NCBI GenBank assembly: GCA_030372995.1
Contig: JAUCPZ010000335.1
Span: forward strand, 12,537-76,536
Length of the DNA: 64,000 nt
Direction: 5' to 3'
From: Dehalococcoidia bacterium
Lineage (GTDB): Bacteria > Chloroflexota > Dehalococcoidia > UBA2247 > RBG-13-53-26
The notes beneath the pieces are model-generated. The model saw only the letters and a program-made list of their open reading frames with translations, was not told where the DNA came from and did no database searches. A program made the translations under genes and the position numbers. Shown here one piece after another: positions 18,258 to 26,741 of the stretch (position 1 is the first letter of the stretch; the number at the start of each line of letters is the position of its first letter).

Positions 18258-18995
18258 ATGCGGACTCTGCTGAAGATGACCTGGATAGAGCTCAAGCTCT
18301 TTGTCCGCGAGCCGGTGACCATGGTATTCACGTTTGCCCTGCCGCTCATCTTCCTTTTCGTTCTTGGCGGTGTATTCCAGAACATCCCCAGCGAGGAGTT
18401 TCGTGATGCCAAACCGATGGACTACTACACGCCGGCCTACATTGGCCTCGTCATTGCCTCCATCGGCGTGGTGGGACTGCCGGTCCACTTTGCCAAGTAC
18501 CGGGAGCGGGGCGTGCTGCGTCGCTTCCGGGCCTCGCCCATGCACCTCTGGAGCATCTTCGGTGCCCAGGTACTGGTGAGTCTGATCATTGCCACTCTGG
18601 GTGGCCTCTTGCTCGTAGCGGTGTCGATGGTCGCCTTTGATGTCAAATCCCCAGTGTCGCCGGGGCTGGTGACAGCCGCTTTCCTGCCCAGCGTCGTCGC
18701 TTTCGCGGCCATCGGGATTCTCCTGGGTGCTCTGCTTCCGACTACACGGGCCGCCCAGGGGCTGGGCCTGATCCTGTTCATCGTGATGTTGATGTTGTCT
18801 GGTGCGGGGCCGCCTCCCGAACTGATGAGCGAAGCCATGGAGAAGACCGGGCAGGCGATGCCCCTCTTCTACGTGATACGGCTGATCCAAGACCCCTGGC
18901 TGGGCTACGGTTGGGACTGGGATGCCTTCTTGATTCTTATCGGCGTGACGGTGGTAGCAGCGCTGGCCTCACTCTGGCTGTTCCGCTGGGAGTGA
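18258..18995 (+). CDS. ABC-2 type transporter permease
   Basis: 245 aa with 6 TM helices. Starts 9 nt after the ATPase gene. Confidence 0.85.
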   Translation: MRTLLKMTWIELKLFVREPVTMVFTFALPLIFLFVLGGVFQNIPSEEFRDAKPMDYYTPAYIGLVIASIGVVGLPVHFAKYRERGVLRRFRASPMHLWSIFGAQVLVSLIIATLGGLLLVAVSMVAFDVKSPVSPGLVTAAFLPSVVAFAAIGILLGALLPTTRAAQGLGLILFIVMLMLSGAGPPPELMSEAMEKTGQAMPLFYVIRLIQDPWLGYGWDWDAFLILIGVTVVAALASLWLFRWE

Positions 18996-19026
18996 TTCTC
19001 GCCAGGCCGCTGCAGGAGGAATACTG

Positions 19027-19596
19027 ATGGGCAAAGTCACTCTGGGACCACAGACGCTCCTTTACCCGATGCCGGCGCTGCTTGTTGGCGCCAATGTGAA
19101 CGGTACGCCGAACTTCATGACGGTCGCCTGGGGCGGTATCGCATGTGGCGAACCCCCTATGATCTCAGTGGCTATCCGGCACGTCAGGCACACGCTGAAG
19201 GGAATCAAGCAGAGCCAGACGTTCTCGGTGAATATCCCTTCGGTCGAATTGGTCAAGGAGACCGACTATTGCGGCACCGTCTCCGGCTCCAAGACTGACA
19301 AAGTGCACACCTGTCGCTTTGACGTCTTCTATGGCAAGCTGGGCAGTGCGCCGCTTATCAGACAGTTCCCGGTGAATCTGGAGTGCAGCGTAGTGCAAAC
19401 GCTGAACTCGGGCAGCCATGCGCTGGTCATCGGGCGCATCGAAGAAACGCATGTCTCCGAGGAGTGCCTGACGGGAGGCAAGCCGGATGTGGACAAGATC
19501 AAACCGCTGGTGTACGTCACCAGCCCCGCGGCGCGGTACCAGGGGTTGGGGGAAGTGGTGGGGAAAGCCTGGAGCGTAGGCAAACACCTCAGCTGA
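19027..19596 (+). CDS. flavin reductase-like (FMN-binding split-barrel) protein
   Basis: 189 aa. PALLVGANVNGTPNFMTVAWGG pattern. SD aggagg. Confidence 0.88.
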   Translation: MGKVTLGPQTLLYPMPALLVGANVNGTPNFMTVAWGGIACGEPPMISVAIRHVRHTLKGIKQSQTFSVNIPSVELVKETDYCGTVSGSKTDKVHTCRFDVFYGKLGSAPLIRQFPVNLECSVVQTLNSGSHALVIGRIEETHVSEECLTGGKPDVDKIKPLVYVTSPAARYQGLGEVVGKAWSVGKHLS

Positions 19597-19903
19597 CGGT
19601 GGGGTGACGCTGCCGATCCAGTCGCCGCGCCATTCTTCGGCGGAGCATCTCTTGGGCTCAGTTGCCTCAGGAACTCGAGCGTGTTCAAAATGGGTGGCGT
19701 CTGAAGCAGACGGCGCCACCATAGCGCCTATCGTCCGCGGTGGCAGGGTTCCTGCTAGCGGCGGGAGCGTGGCCAGAATCCTGAAGAAATCGTGCTGCCC
19801 CCCTCTTGACAAAGCGCGAATCTTGTGCATATCATTCGCACAGTGTACTCGTGAGCACGTTTGAGCGAACGAGACACAATGAACGCTAAGAGGAGGAGAA
19901 GAG

Positions 19904-20047
19904 ATGGCCCAGGCCTACTGCGTGAAGTGCAAGAAGAAGGTGCAGATCAGCAACGCGAAGCAGGTCACTTTGAAGAACAAGAGGCCTGCGGTGAGCGGCA
20001 CCTGCCCGTCCTGCGGGACGAAGGTATTCAGAATCGGCAAAGCCTAG
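19904..20047 (+). CDS. small zinc-ribbon protein (DUF5679-like)
   Basis: Own translation, below the track cutoff: MAQAYCVKCKKKVQISNAKQVTLKNKRPAVSGTCPSCGTKVFRIGKA. Strong SD aggaggag. A TTGACA-type promoter lies at 19806. Confidence 0.7.
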   Translation: MAQAYCVKCKKKVQISNAKQVTLKNKRPAVSGTCPSCGTKVFRIGKA

Positions 20048-20581
20048 GATCTAGTAGCCTTCATTGCCCTGCACGGCTGCATGGCCGGTGACTGCGCTGT
20101 AGGGGCTCGCCATGCGGACGTAGTGGATCGTCCCTTGGGTGGCATATATCATTAGCATTAGCATCAAGACCTGACAGGCGGCGAAGCGCGCGGCGGATGA
20201 GCGAAAGCCTGCTTCGCTGACTAGGTTATGTACATCTTCATGGCGCCGCTGCCAATCATGCGGCTGCGCGCTGGTGGCGGCTGATCTTGACGGCCGCGGT
20301 ATGTCTCGTTAGTCTTTGGGGGCATCGACTTCACTACTCTGTCTATCGGCAGACTAGCTGAAACCGAATAGCTGTTCAGACTCCAAACCTTCGGGAGACA
20401 GATATTGGCTGCAGTGATGTGAGGTGCGTGTCGGTTTCCCTCGGAGCGAAAGTGCGTGATCGAGTGTTTCTCACGACGTCAGTCCGGGATTGGGGTCTAC
20501 GGCAAGGTTGAGCAAAGAGCACATCATTAGCCACTCCCCTGCCTTGGCAGACGGGGCTGGGTGGCAAAGAAGGAGGATATC

Positions 20582-20797
20582 ATGGCAGACAGCGTGTACA
20601 AGGTGATCGAGCTCGTTGGGACGAGCACGGAATCGTGGGAGAAGGCTGGCGCCGCCGCTGTTGAGCAAGCGGCCAAGACCCTTCGCGATCTTCGGATTGC
20701 CGAGGTTGTCGAGATGGACATGCAGATCGACGATGGCAAAGTCCGCGCGTATCGAACGAAGATCAAACTCTCGTTCAAATACGAAAAGGAAGAATAG
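20582..20797 (+). CDS. dodecin-family flavin-binding protein
   Basis: MADSVYKVIELVGTSTESWEKAGAAAVEQAAKTLRDLRIAEVVEMDMQIDDGKVRAYRTKIKLSF is the classic dodecin pattern. SD aaggagg. Confidence 0.85.
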   Translation: MADSVYKVIELVGTSTESWEKAGAAAVEQAAKTLRDLRIAEVVEMDMQIDDGKVRAYRTKIKLSFKYEKEE

Positions 20798-20890
20798 CAG
20801 AGACTGAACACGGCACGTAGGTTATGCCGCTTGGTCCAAGAAAACGGATTTCCCCCTCCGAGAGCGTGCTCTTCTTTGGCTGGTGTGGTT

Positions 20891-20935
20891 GCGGAGAGCC
20901 CGTGAATCTGCGGGCTCTCCGCGGGTACCTCTTTT
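20891..20935 (+). terminator. intrinsic terminator (12-bp stem gcggagagcccg/cgggctctccgc, then a T-run)
   Basis: Read directly, about 95 nt after the dodecin stop. Confidence 0.55.
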
Positions 20936-21002
20936 GAAGCGTGCCAGGTGAGCCGGCGCGGCTGACTGTGGGTTGTGATTTGAGAACCAGGAAGGAGTCA
21001 GG

Positions 21003-21374
21003 ATGGCCAAGTATGTGCAATGGATAACCCACAAAGGGAAGAGGATACTCTTCCTCAACGCCAAAGGACTTCGCGAGGCGGAGTACATGGTAGCTCAGGA
21101 GGAACTGAAACAGGCGCTCTTGAAAGAGCGGAAGAGTACCATGGTCCTAGTAGACGCGACCGGAACCGAAATGACCACGAAGACAACAAACAAGGCCAAG
21201 GAAGTGGCCGCTGCCACGGCGGCCGAAGGCATTCCGGATGGGCCCAGCGTTGTGGTAGGTCTCACCGGTCTCCAGAGGGCAGTGGCGCAGTTGTTTGGGA
21301 GAGGAGTGCACTTTGCCAGCTCACTGGACGAGGGCAAGGAGTGGCTGGTGAAGCAAGACGAGAAGCGCGGCTAG
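21003..21374 (+). CDS. small conserved protein of unknown function, tandem paralog A
   Basis: 123 aa with SD aggaaggag. Roughly 60% identical by eye to the ORF at 21778 (MAKYVQWITHKGKRILFLN..VVVGLTGLQRAVAQLFGRGVHF..EGKEWLVKQDEKR). Confidence 0.7.
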   Translation: MAKYVQWITHKGKRILFLNAKGLREAEYMVAQEELKQALLKERKSTMVLVDATGTEMTTKTTNKAKEVAAATAAEGIPDGPSVVVGLTGLQRAVAQLFGRGVHFASSLDEGKEWLVKQDEKRG

Positions 21375-21777
21375 ACCTGCGTGAAATCACAACGATCGGA
21401 GCAAGCAGCAGCCAGCGTTTGCCCGGGCCAAGGGCGGAAGCGTTGCGGGGCGTGACTTCCTGTAGACGCCCGATGCAGATTCCGCAGCTTGAGCAGCAGA
21501 GATTCGTGCAGACTAGCCTCTTCTCCCCGCGACGTGAGCAGCGATGTCTGATTCGCGGGGTGCAATCCAATGACTAGGTCGCAGCCAGCGCAGAACACCC
21601 CGCCTTCGCCGACGTGACGGAAACCCAGGAGCAGCATCGTGGATTGCCTGTCTTGACAGATCGGGGGTGCACCCCGCAGCGGTGGATGCTTCCGTCCTGT
21701 GTGACTGGTGATGGCGAGAGGAGAGATACACCGGGAATTTGATCAGCCCGTTGTCGAGTTGGGGAAGGAGGTTCGGC

Positions 21778-22158
21778 TTGGCAAAATACGCACAGTGGAT
21801 AGAGCACAAAGGCAAGCGGATCTTGTTTGTGAACGGCCCTGGCCTGAGCGAAGCCCAGTACATTGAGGCCATGGAGGAGATGAAGCAGGAGATTCTCAAG
21901 GAGAAGGAAGGGGCTTTGGTGCTGGTAAACGTGGCGGGAATTGACATGACAAAAGCTGTGGTTGACAAATCCAAGGAAGTTGTCAACGCCACCAAGGAAG
22001 CCGGCATACCGGACAGGGCCAATGTCGTGGTGGGGCTGACCGGACTGCAAAAGGCTGTGGCGCAGCTGTTTGGCAGAGGCGTGCAGTTTGTAGACACCGT
22101 CGAGGAAGGCAAAGAACGGCTGATCAAAGAGGACGAAAAGCGTCAGAAGAAGAGATAG
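21778..22158 (+). CDS. small conserved protein of unknown function, tandem paralog B
   Basis: TTG start after SD ggaaggagg gives (M)AKYAQWIEHKGKRILFVN..VVVGLTGLQKAVAQLFGRGVQF..EGKERLIKEDEKR. The track ORF 21739.. starts further upstream. Confidence 0.7.
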   Translation: MAKYAQWIEHKGKRILFVNGPGLSEAQYIEAMEEMKQEILKEKEGALVLVNVAGIDMTKAVVDKSKEVVNATKEAGIPDRANVVVGLTGLQKAVAQLFGRGVQFVDTVEEGKERLIKEDEKRQKKR

Positions 22159-22206
22159 GGATCTCTGATCTTCTGCTGATCTTCCACCCTCCGGTGGTAT
22201 TCCTGA

Positions 22207-22401
22207 TTGCCTCAGGTCGGGATGACCGCTGTCTTGCGCCTGTCGGAGACGGCGCGAATGGTCGCTAGGGAGCTCGCCAGAGACAGGTATTTCGCCGGCA
22301 CGCTTGAAGAAGTGGGTGAGTGGTTGGTTAGGGAGGTTGCCGTGACGCGGAGCCGTACAACAAGGCGTTCACTTGGCAAGGTGCGTTACGGCCACGCGTA
22401 A
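22207..22401 (+). pseudogene. degenerate C-terminal remnant of a third copy of the 21003/21778 family
   Basis: PQVGMTAVLRLSETARMVARELARDRYFAGTLEEVGEWLVRE aligns with VVGLTGLQ..AVAQLFGRGVHFASSLDEGKEWLVKQ. The N-terminal two-thirds are missing. Confidence 0.4.
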
Positions 22402-22542
22402 TGGAGTGTTGTCGGTCAGGACTGCTGTGATGCACTACAACTCGGCGGTCATGCCGGGCGTCACATCAGTCGGACACGAGGCATGCCCGCTTCCTCTCGC
22501 GGCGATTGGCTGAGAAGGCCACTTGGATTGACCTCCAGCATC

Positions 22543-23322
22543 ATGTACAGGGACTTCGCCAGATTCTACGCGCGCGGCGACTGGCCGCGCTATAGCAGCA
22601 GGATGGCCAGCATGCTGCCGGGTGTGCTGGAACATTTTGGCCTGTGGCCTCGGAACTTACTGGACCTGGCTTGCGGGGAGGGCACGTTTGCCGTGGCCAT
22701 GGCCAAGAGGGGGTTGGCAGTAACCGGAATCGATCTGTCCCCCGAGATGCTGGACATCGCGAGAGAGCGGGCGGAGAAGGAGGGTCTCGACATTCTCCTT
22801 CTCCAGCAGGATATGCGTTCGCTCCACCTCCGTGGCAAATTCGACCTAGTCACCTGCTGGTTTGACAGCCTGAATTACCTTCTGGAGATCGGGGATCTGG
22901 TACGGACTTTCGCCGGCGTATCACGTGTCCTCGACCAGCGCGGCATCTTCATCTTCGATATGAACACTATTCGCGCTCTCTCTACGGAGTGGATCAGCGA
23001 GCCCTGCTACGTACATCTCGACTCGCGCGACGTCTTTCTCGCATCCGTTCCCAAGTATGATCCGGCTGCTAGGATAGCCAGCCTTCACATCATGGGGTTC
23101 TCCAGAGAGGATGAGGGGTGGGTGAGGGTGGACGAGATCCACCGCGAGCGCGGATACACTCTTAAGGAGGTCCGGCAATGCCTGAGGAAGGCCGGCCTCC
23201 GCGAAATGGCTTGCTGGGCTAGCCTCGACAGGAAGGAGAAACCGAGACGAAGCTCCGTGCGCGTATGGTTTGTAGCGGGCCGGCAGCCGGAACATGCGCG
23301 CCCGAAATCCGCCGCAGCCTAG
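22543..23322 (+). CDS. class I SAM-dependent methyltransferase
   Basis: Motif I LLDLACGEGTFAVAMAKRG and DLSPEML. Start chosen at MYRDFARFY. Confidence 0.85.
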   Translation: MYRDFARFYARGDWPRYSSRMASMLPGVLEHFGLWPRNLLDLACGEGTFAVAMAKRGLAVTGIDLSPEMLDIARERAEKEGLDILLLQQDMRSLHLRGKFDLVTCWFDSLNYLLEIGDLVRTFAGVSRVLDQRGIFIFDMNTIRALSTEWISEPCYVHLDSRDVFLASVPKYDPAARIASLHIMGFSREDEGWVRVDEIHRERGYTLKEVRQCLRKAGLREMACWASLDRKEKPRRSSVRVWFVAGRQPEHARPKSAAA

Positions 23323-25535
23323 GCCTTGAATACTCGGCACGCGAGGGCCCGGTCGCACCAGCCGCCCGAGAGCTCGTCACACCATTCCGGGTCGTCTAGA
23401 GTCAGGACATTGGCGTTCGACTCGAAGACGCCGCTGAATTCTGGCTCGTTCGCCGGGTACTCCGGGAACCACCAGCTGGCCTGACAGTTGACCACGTTGG
23501 GCAGCATGCCCGCATTGTATCTTGCCCTTTGCCTGATCCATCCCCGCCGGGTTTCGATGCAGGCCCAGTCCCCGTCGGCGATCCCCAGCTTGGCGGCAGT
23601 CTCCGGATGGATGTCCATGAGCGGGTCGGGGTGCTTCTCCCTGCCACCCATTCCGTGATGCATGAACTCGGAATGGAACATGGGCATGAAGTTGCCCCCT
23701 GTGTTCAGGATGAGCGGGAATTCTCTGGCTACATCGGGGACTCTCAAGGGGCTTTCAGGAGGTTCCTCGTAGTAGGGCAACGGGTCGTAGCCGAGCTTCT
23801 CCAGAATACTGGAGTAAAGCTCGATCTTCCCTGACGGGGTGGGGAAGCCCGTCTTCTTCCAGGGCTGCATGTCTAGTCTATCGGGAAAAGCCGCATACTT
23901 CTCGACGAGCTCTCTGAAGGTCAAACCGATCGGCCTCAGACGGTAGTCGCTGACCTCCTCAGTTGTCTTCCACGGCCAGTGCTCTTGCTGACCCACGGCT
24001 AGCGCCAGTCCGCGGAAGAACTCGTAGATATCCAGCCGCTCTCCCATGGGCAGGATGGCCTTCTCACCAGCGCGGACGAGGCTGCCGAAATCCATCATGT
24101 TGGTGCAGAGGTCCCTCTCCAGCCAACTGGCGGCCGGCAGAACATAGTCCGCTAGTTGCGCCGAAGGAGTCATGAACAGCTCCTGCACTACGTGAAGCTC
24201 AAGGTTGTCGCTCCTCAAGGCTTCAAAGACCAACCGGGTGTTTCCCGCCCATGCGAGAGGATTGGAGCCCCAGGCAATAAGGGCCTTCACTGGGTATGGT
24301 TTGCCCGTCAGGATGGACCGCCAGAGCATAGTGGTGTGCGCCTGAATCTGGACGGTCACGGGCGCGGGGACGCCGTAGACCCGCTGGAGGTGGGGTTCCA
24401 TCAAACTCCAACCGTTCAAGGAGACCAGCCGGCAGATGTCGAAGCCCATCTGCTTGCGTCGCTGCTCCATCGGCAGAAGGTTCATCAGGCTCAATTCGGC
24501 CTCGGTGATGAACTTGCCGCCGTTCGTCGGCTCGCCGGGGCGGGTGATCAGGTGGCCGCCGAGGACACCCAGGTTGCCAGTAATGGCGCGGAGCGCGATC
24601 TTGCACTGCTCCGCGCGGGTGCCGTTCAACCCCAGTTGGTCAATGGCCACTCCGTACGGCATGCACGCCGGCCCATGGGTAGCGTACGTTCGCGCGGCTT
24701 CGATGATCTTGTCCGCCGGGACGCCGGTGATTTCAGCCACGCGCTCGGGTGGATATTCCTGGACGCGCGCTTTGAGGCGGTCAAAGCCGACTGTCCATTC
24801 CGCGACGAAATCCTTCTTGTAGAGGCCCTCATTTATGATGACGTTCAGCCAGGCCAGCGCCAGCGCGGTATCTGTGCCCGGCCTCAGCCTCAGCCAGATA
24901 TCGGCCACCTCCGTTGTCTTGGTCTGGCGGGGATCAACGACGATGACTTTGAGATCACCCTTTCGCTTCTTCTTGAGAAGTCCCGCCCAGCCGCGCATGT
25001 TCGACTCGGACGGGTCAGACCCCCAATAGACGACGCACCGGGAATTGGACATCTCGATGGCATAGGTAGTGACATCGCCCATGACGGCCATGTTGATGGC
25101 CATGTCATTAATGCCACAGATAATGCCGGGCGCAAAGATGTTGTGAGGGTTGCCGAAGAGGGTGGCGAAGCGGCCTCGGGGCCAGTAGTCGTTGCCCCGG
25201 TACGTGCCCTCGAAGAAACCCAGCGTCTCGCCGCCGTGCTCATTTCGGAGCTCCAGCAGCTTCTGCCCGATCTCGCTGAAAGCCTGGTCCCAGCTTATCC
25301 TCTCCCATTTCCCCTCGCCACGGCTGCCAGCCCGCTTCAACGGGTGCATCAGTTGAGCGGGATGGTAGAGCCACTGGGGAGCGAGGCGGACTCTCTCGCA
25401 GACAAACCCGCGGCTCAACGGGTTGTCGGGATTGCCCCTGACGCTGACCACCTTTCCGTCTTCGACGGTCACGAGCACTCCGCAGAGGTTGCTGCAGTAC
25501 TGACAATAGGTCTTCTTGATGGTCTGATCACCCAC
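23319..25535 (-). CDS. cytoplasmic bis-MGD molybdo/tungsto-enzyme of the DMSO-reductase superfamily, acetylene-hydratase-like
   Basis: 738 aa with no signal peptide. N-terminal CQYCSNLC..C 4Fe-4S motif. Long stretches resemble, from memory, Pelobacter acetylenicus acetylene hydratase (RISWDQA, VGF..LK.RVQEYP..VAEITG, FMTPSAQLADYVLP, TPSGKIELYSSILEKLGYDPLPYYEEP). Confidence 0.9.
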   Translation of the reverse strand: MGDQTIKKTYCQYCSNLCGVLVTVEDGKVVSVRGNPDNPLSRGFVCERVRLAPQWLYHPAQLMHPLKRAGSRGEGKWERISWDQAFSEIGQKLLELRNEHGGETLGFFEGTYRGNDYWPRGRFATLFGNPHNIFAPGIICGINDMAINMAVMGDVTTYAIEMSNSRCVVYWGSDPSESNMRGWAGLLKKKRKGDLKVIVVDPRQTKTTEVADIWLRLRPGTDTALALAWLNVIINEGLYKKDFVAEWTVGFDRLKARVQEYPPERVAEITGVPADKIIEAARTYATHGPACMPYGVAIDQLGLNGTRAEQCKIALRAITGNLGVLGGHLITRPGEPTNGGKFITEAELSLMNLLPMEQRRKQMGFDICRLVSLNGWSLMEPHLQRVYGVPAPVTVQIQAHTTMLWRSILTGKPYPVKALIAWGSNPLAWAGNTRLVFEALRSDNLELHVVQELFMTPSAQLADYVLPAASWLERDLCTNMMDFGSLVRAGEKAILPMGERLDIYEFFRGLALAVGQQEHWPWKTTEEVSDYRLRPIGLTFRELVEKYAAFPDRLDMQPWKKTGFPTPSGKIELYSSILEKLGYDPLPYYEEPPESPLRVPDVAREFPLILNTGGNFMPMFHSEFMHHGMGGREKHPDPLMDIHPETAAKLGIADGDWACIETRRGWIRQRARYNAGMLPNVVNCQASWWFPEYPANEPEFSGVFESNANVLTLDDPEWCDELSGGWCDRALACRVFKA

Positions 25536-25911
25536 GGAGAGTCACCCCGTCACATATGGTAGCAGTTTTGTGATCGGGTTGAAACGCGCCGCCGAGGGGC
25601 CACGTATTGGCGAATGCAGAAGCGTGCTTCCGCGAGTCTTGTCGCCCTCTTCCGTCATCTCCCATTGAGGAAGAGAGAACTTCGGGAACAAGCTCGACAT
25701 ACTGGTTACACATTCACCAAACACATGGCTAGCAATTGACTTCCCGATGACCTCTCGAGCGAGGAGGGCTACCCATTTGGGTTTGGTTCTTCGCCCGAGA
25801 ATGCAGGCCAGGAGTCAAACAAATGCCAACGCTTTCCCGTTGGCCTCCCTGACCGTGTGCGTGCTAACATATATGTCAATACACTGCAGAAGCCTAGAAG
25901 GGGGAGCGTAC

Positions 25912-26715
25912 ATGGCCAAGAAGACGATCGCAGAAATCTTTGATCTCACCGGCAAGGGAGCCATTGTCACCGGCGGCGCCATGGGCATAGGCAGGGCTAT
26001 TGTCATGCGCCTGACGGAAGCTGGCGCTGGAGTCATGATTGTGGACATCGATATGGACGCGGCCAGCAAGGTGGTGCAACGGGTCAAAGAGAAGGGAGGC
26101 AAGGCGGAGGCCATCCGGGCTGACATCCGCAGCCTGGCTGACGCCAAGAAGGTGGTCGAGGCGACTGTGCAGGCCTTCGGGAGCTTGGACATATTGGTGA
26201 ACAACGCCGGGATATATCCCATCTCCAAAGCCCTCGATACCACCGAGGAGCTGTGGGACAGGGTGCTGGATATAAACCTCAAGGGCACATTCTTCTTCTC
26301 CCAGGCGGCGGCACGCGAAATGGTCAGGGCCAAGCACGGCGGCAGGATCATCAATTTGGCCTCCATTGATGCGGTGCATCCGATGGGTGACGTAGCGCAT
26401 TACAACGCCTCGAAGGGGGGAGTCATGTCCCTCACCAAGGCGCTGGCCCTGGAATGGGCGCCTTACGGCATAATCGTGAATGCAATCGCTCCTGGCAGCA
26501 TCTGGACGTCGGGCTCGGAGAAACTCAGGATGGAGCAGGAGGCTGCCGGCAAGGACCCGAAGGAAATGCTCAAGAAGTTCGAGACCCGCTGGCCCCTGGG
26601 CCGGCCCGGGGAGCCGGACGACATTGCCAAGGTGGCACTCTTCTACGCCAGCGACGCCGTAAACTACGTCACGGGAACCACGCTGGTGGTGGACGGGGGA
26701 TATCTGCTCTCGTAG
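25912..26715 (+). CDS. short-chain dehydrogenase/reductase (FabG/glucose-1-dehydrogenase-like)
   Basis: TGGAMGIGRAI, NNAG, YNASKGG (YxxxK). ATG 25912 has SD gggggag. The track ORF starts further upstream. Confidence 0.92.
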   Translation: MAKKTIAEIFDLTGKGAIVTGGAMGIGRAIVMRLTEAGAGVMIVDIDMDAASKVVQRVKEKGGKAEAIRADIRSLADAKKVVEATVQAFGSLDILVNNAGIYPISKALDTTEELWDRVLDINLKGTFFFSQAAAREMVRAKHGGRIINLASIDAVHPMGDVAHYNASKGGVMSLTKALALEWAPYGIIVNAIAPGSIWTSGSEKLRMEQEAAGKDPKEMLKKFETRWPLGRPGEPDDIAKVALFYASDAVNYVTGTTLVVDGGYLLS

Positions 26716-26741
26716 ATCACCCAGCCGCGGCCTCAATCTGA

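Noticed and set aside
20048-20581. FMN (RFN) riboswitch or other leader in the 534-bp spacer upstream of the dodecin gene
   Set aside because: No RFN core (GGGGUGAAAUUCCC...CCGACAGU) was found. There are only scattered short hairpins, a tandem attagc-attagc and tiny ORFs (18 aa or less). The long spacer remains unexplained, but I cannot support a specific element.
24156-25562. 468-aa plus-strand ORF
   Set aside because: It is antisense to the Mo/W oxidoreductase and has no motifs. It is a shadow ORF.
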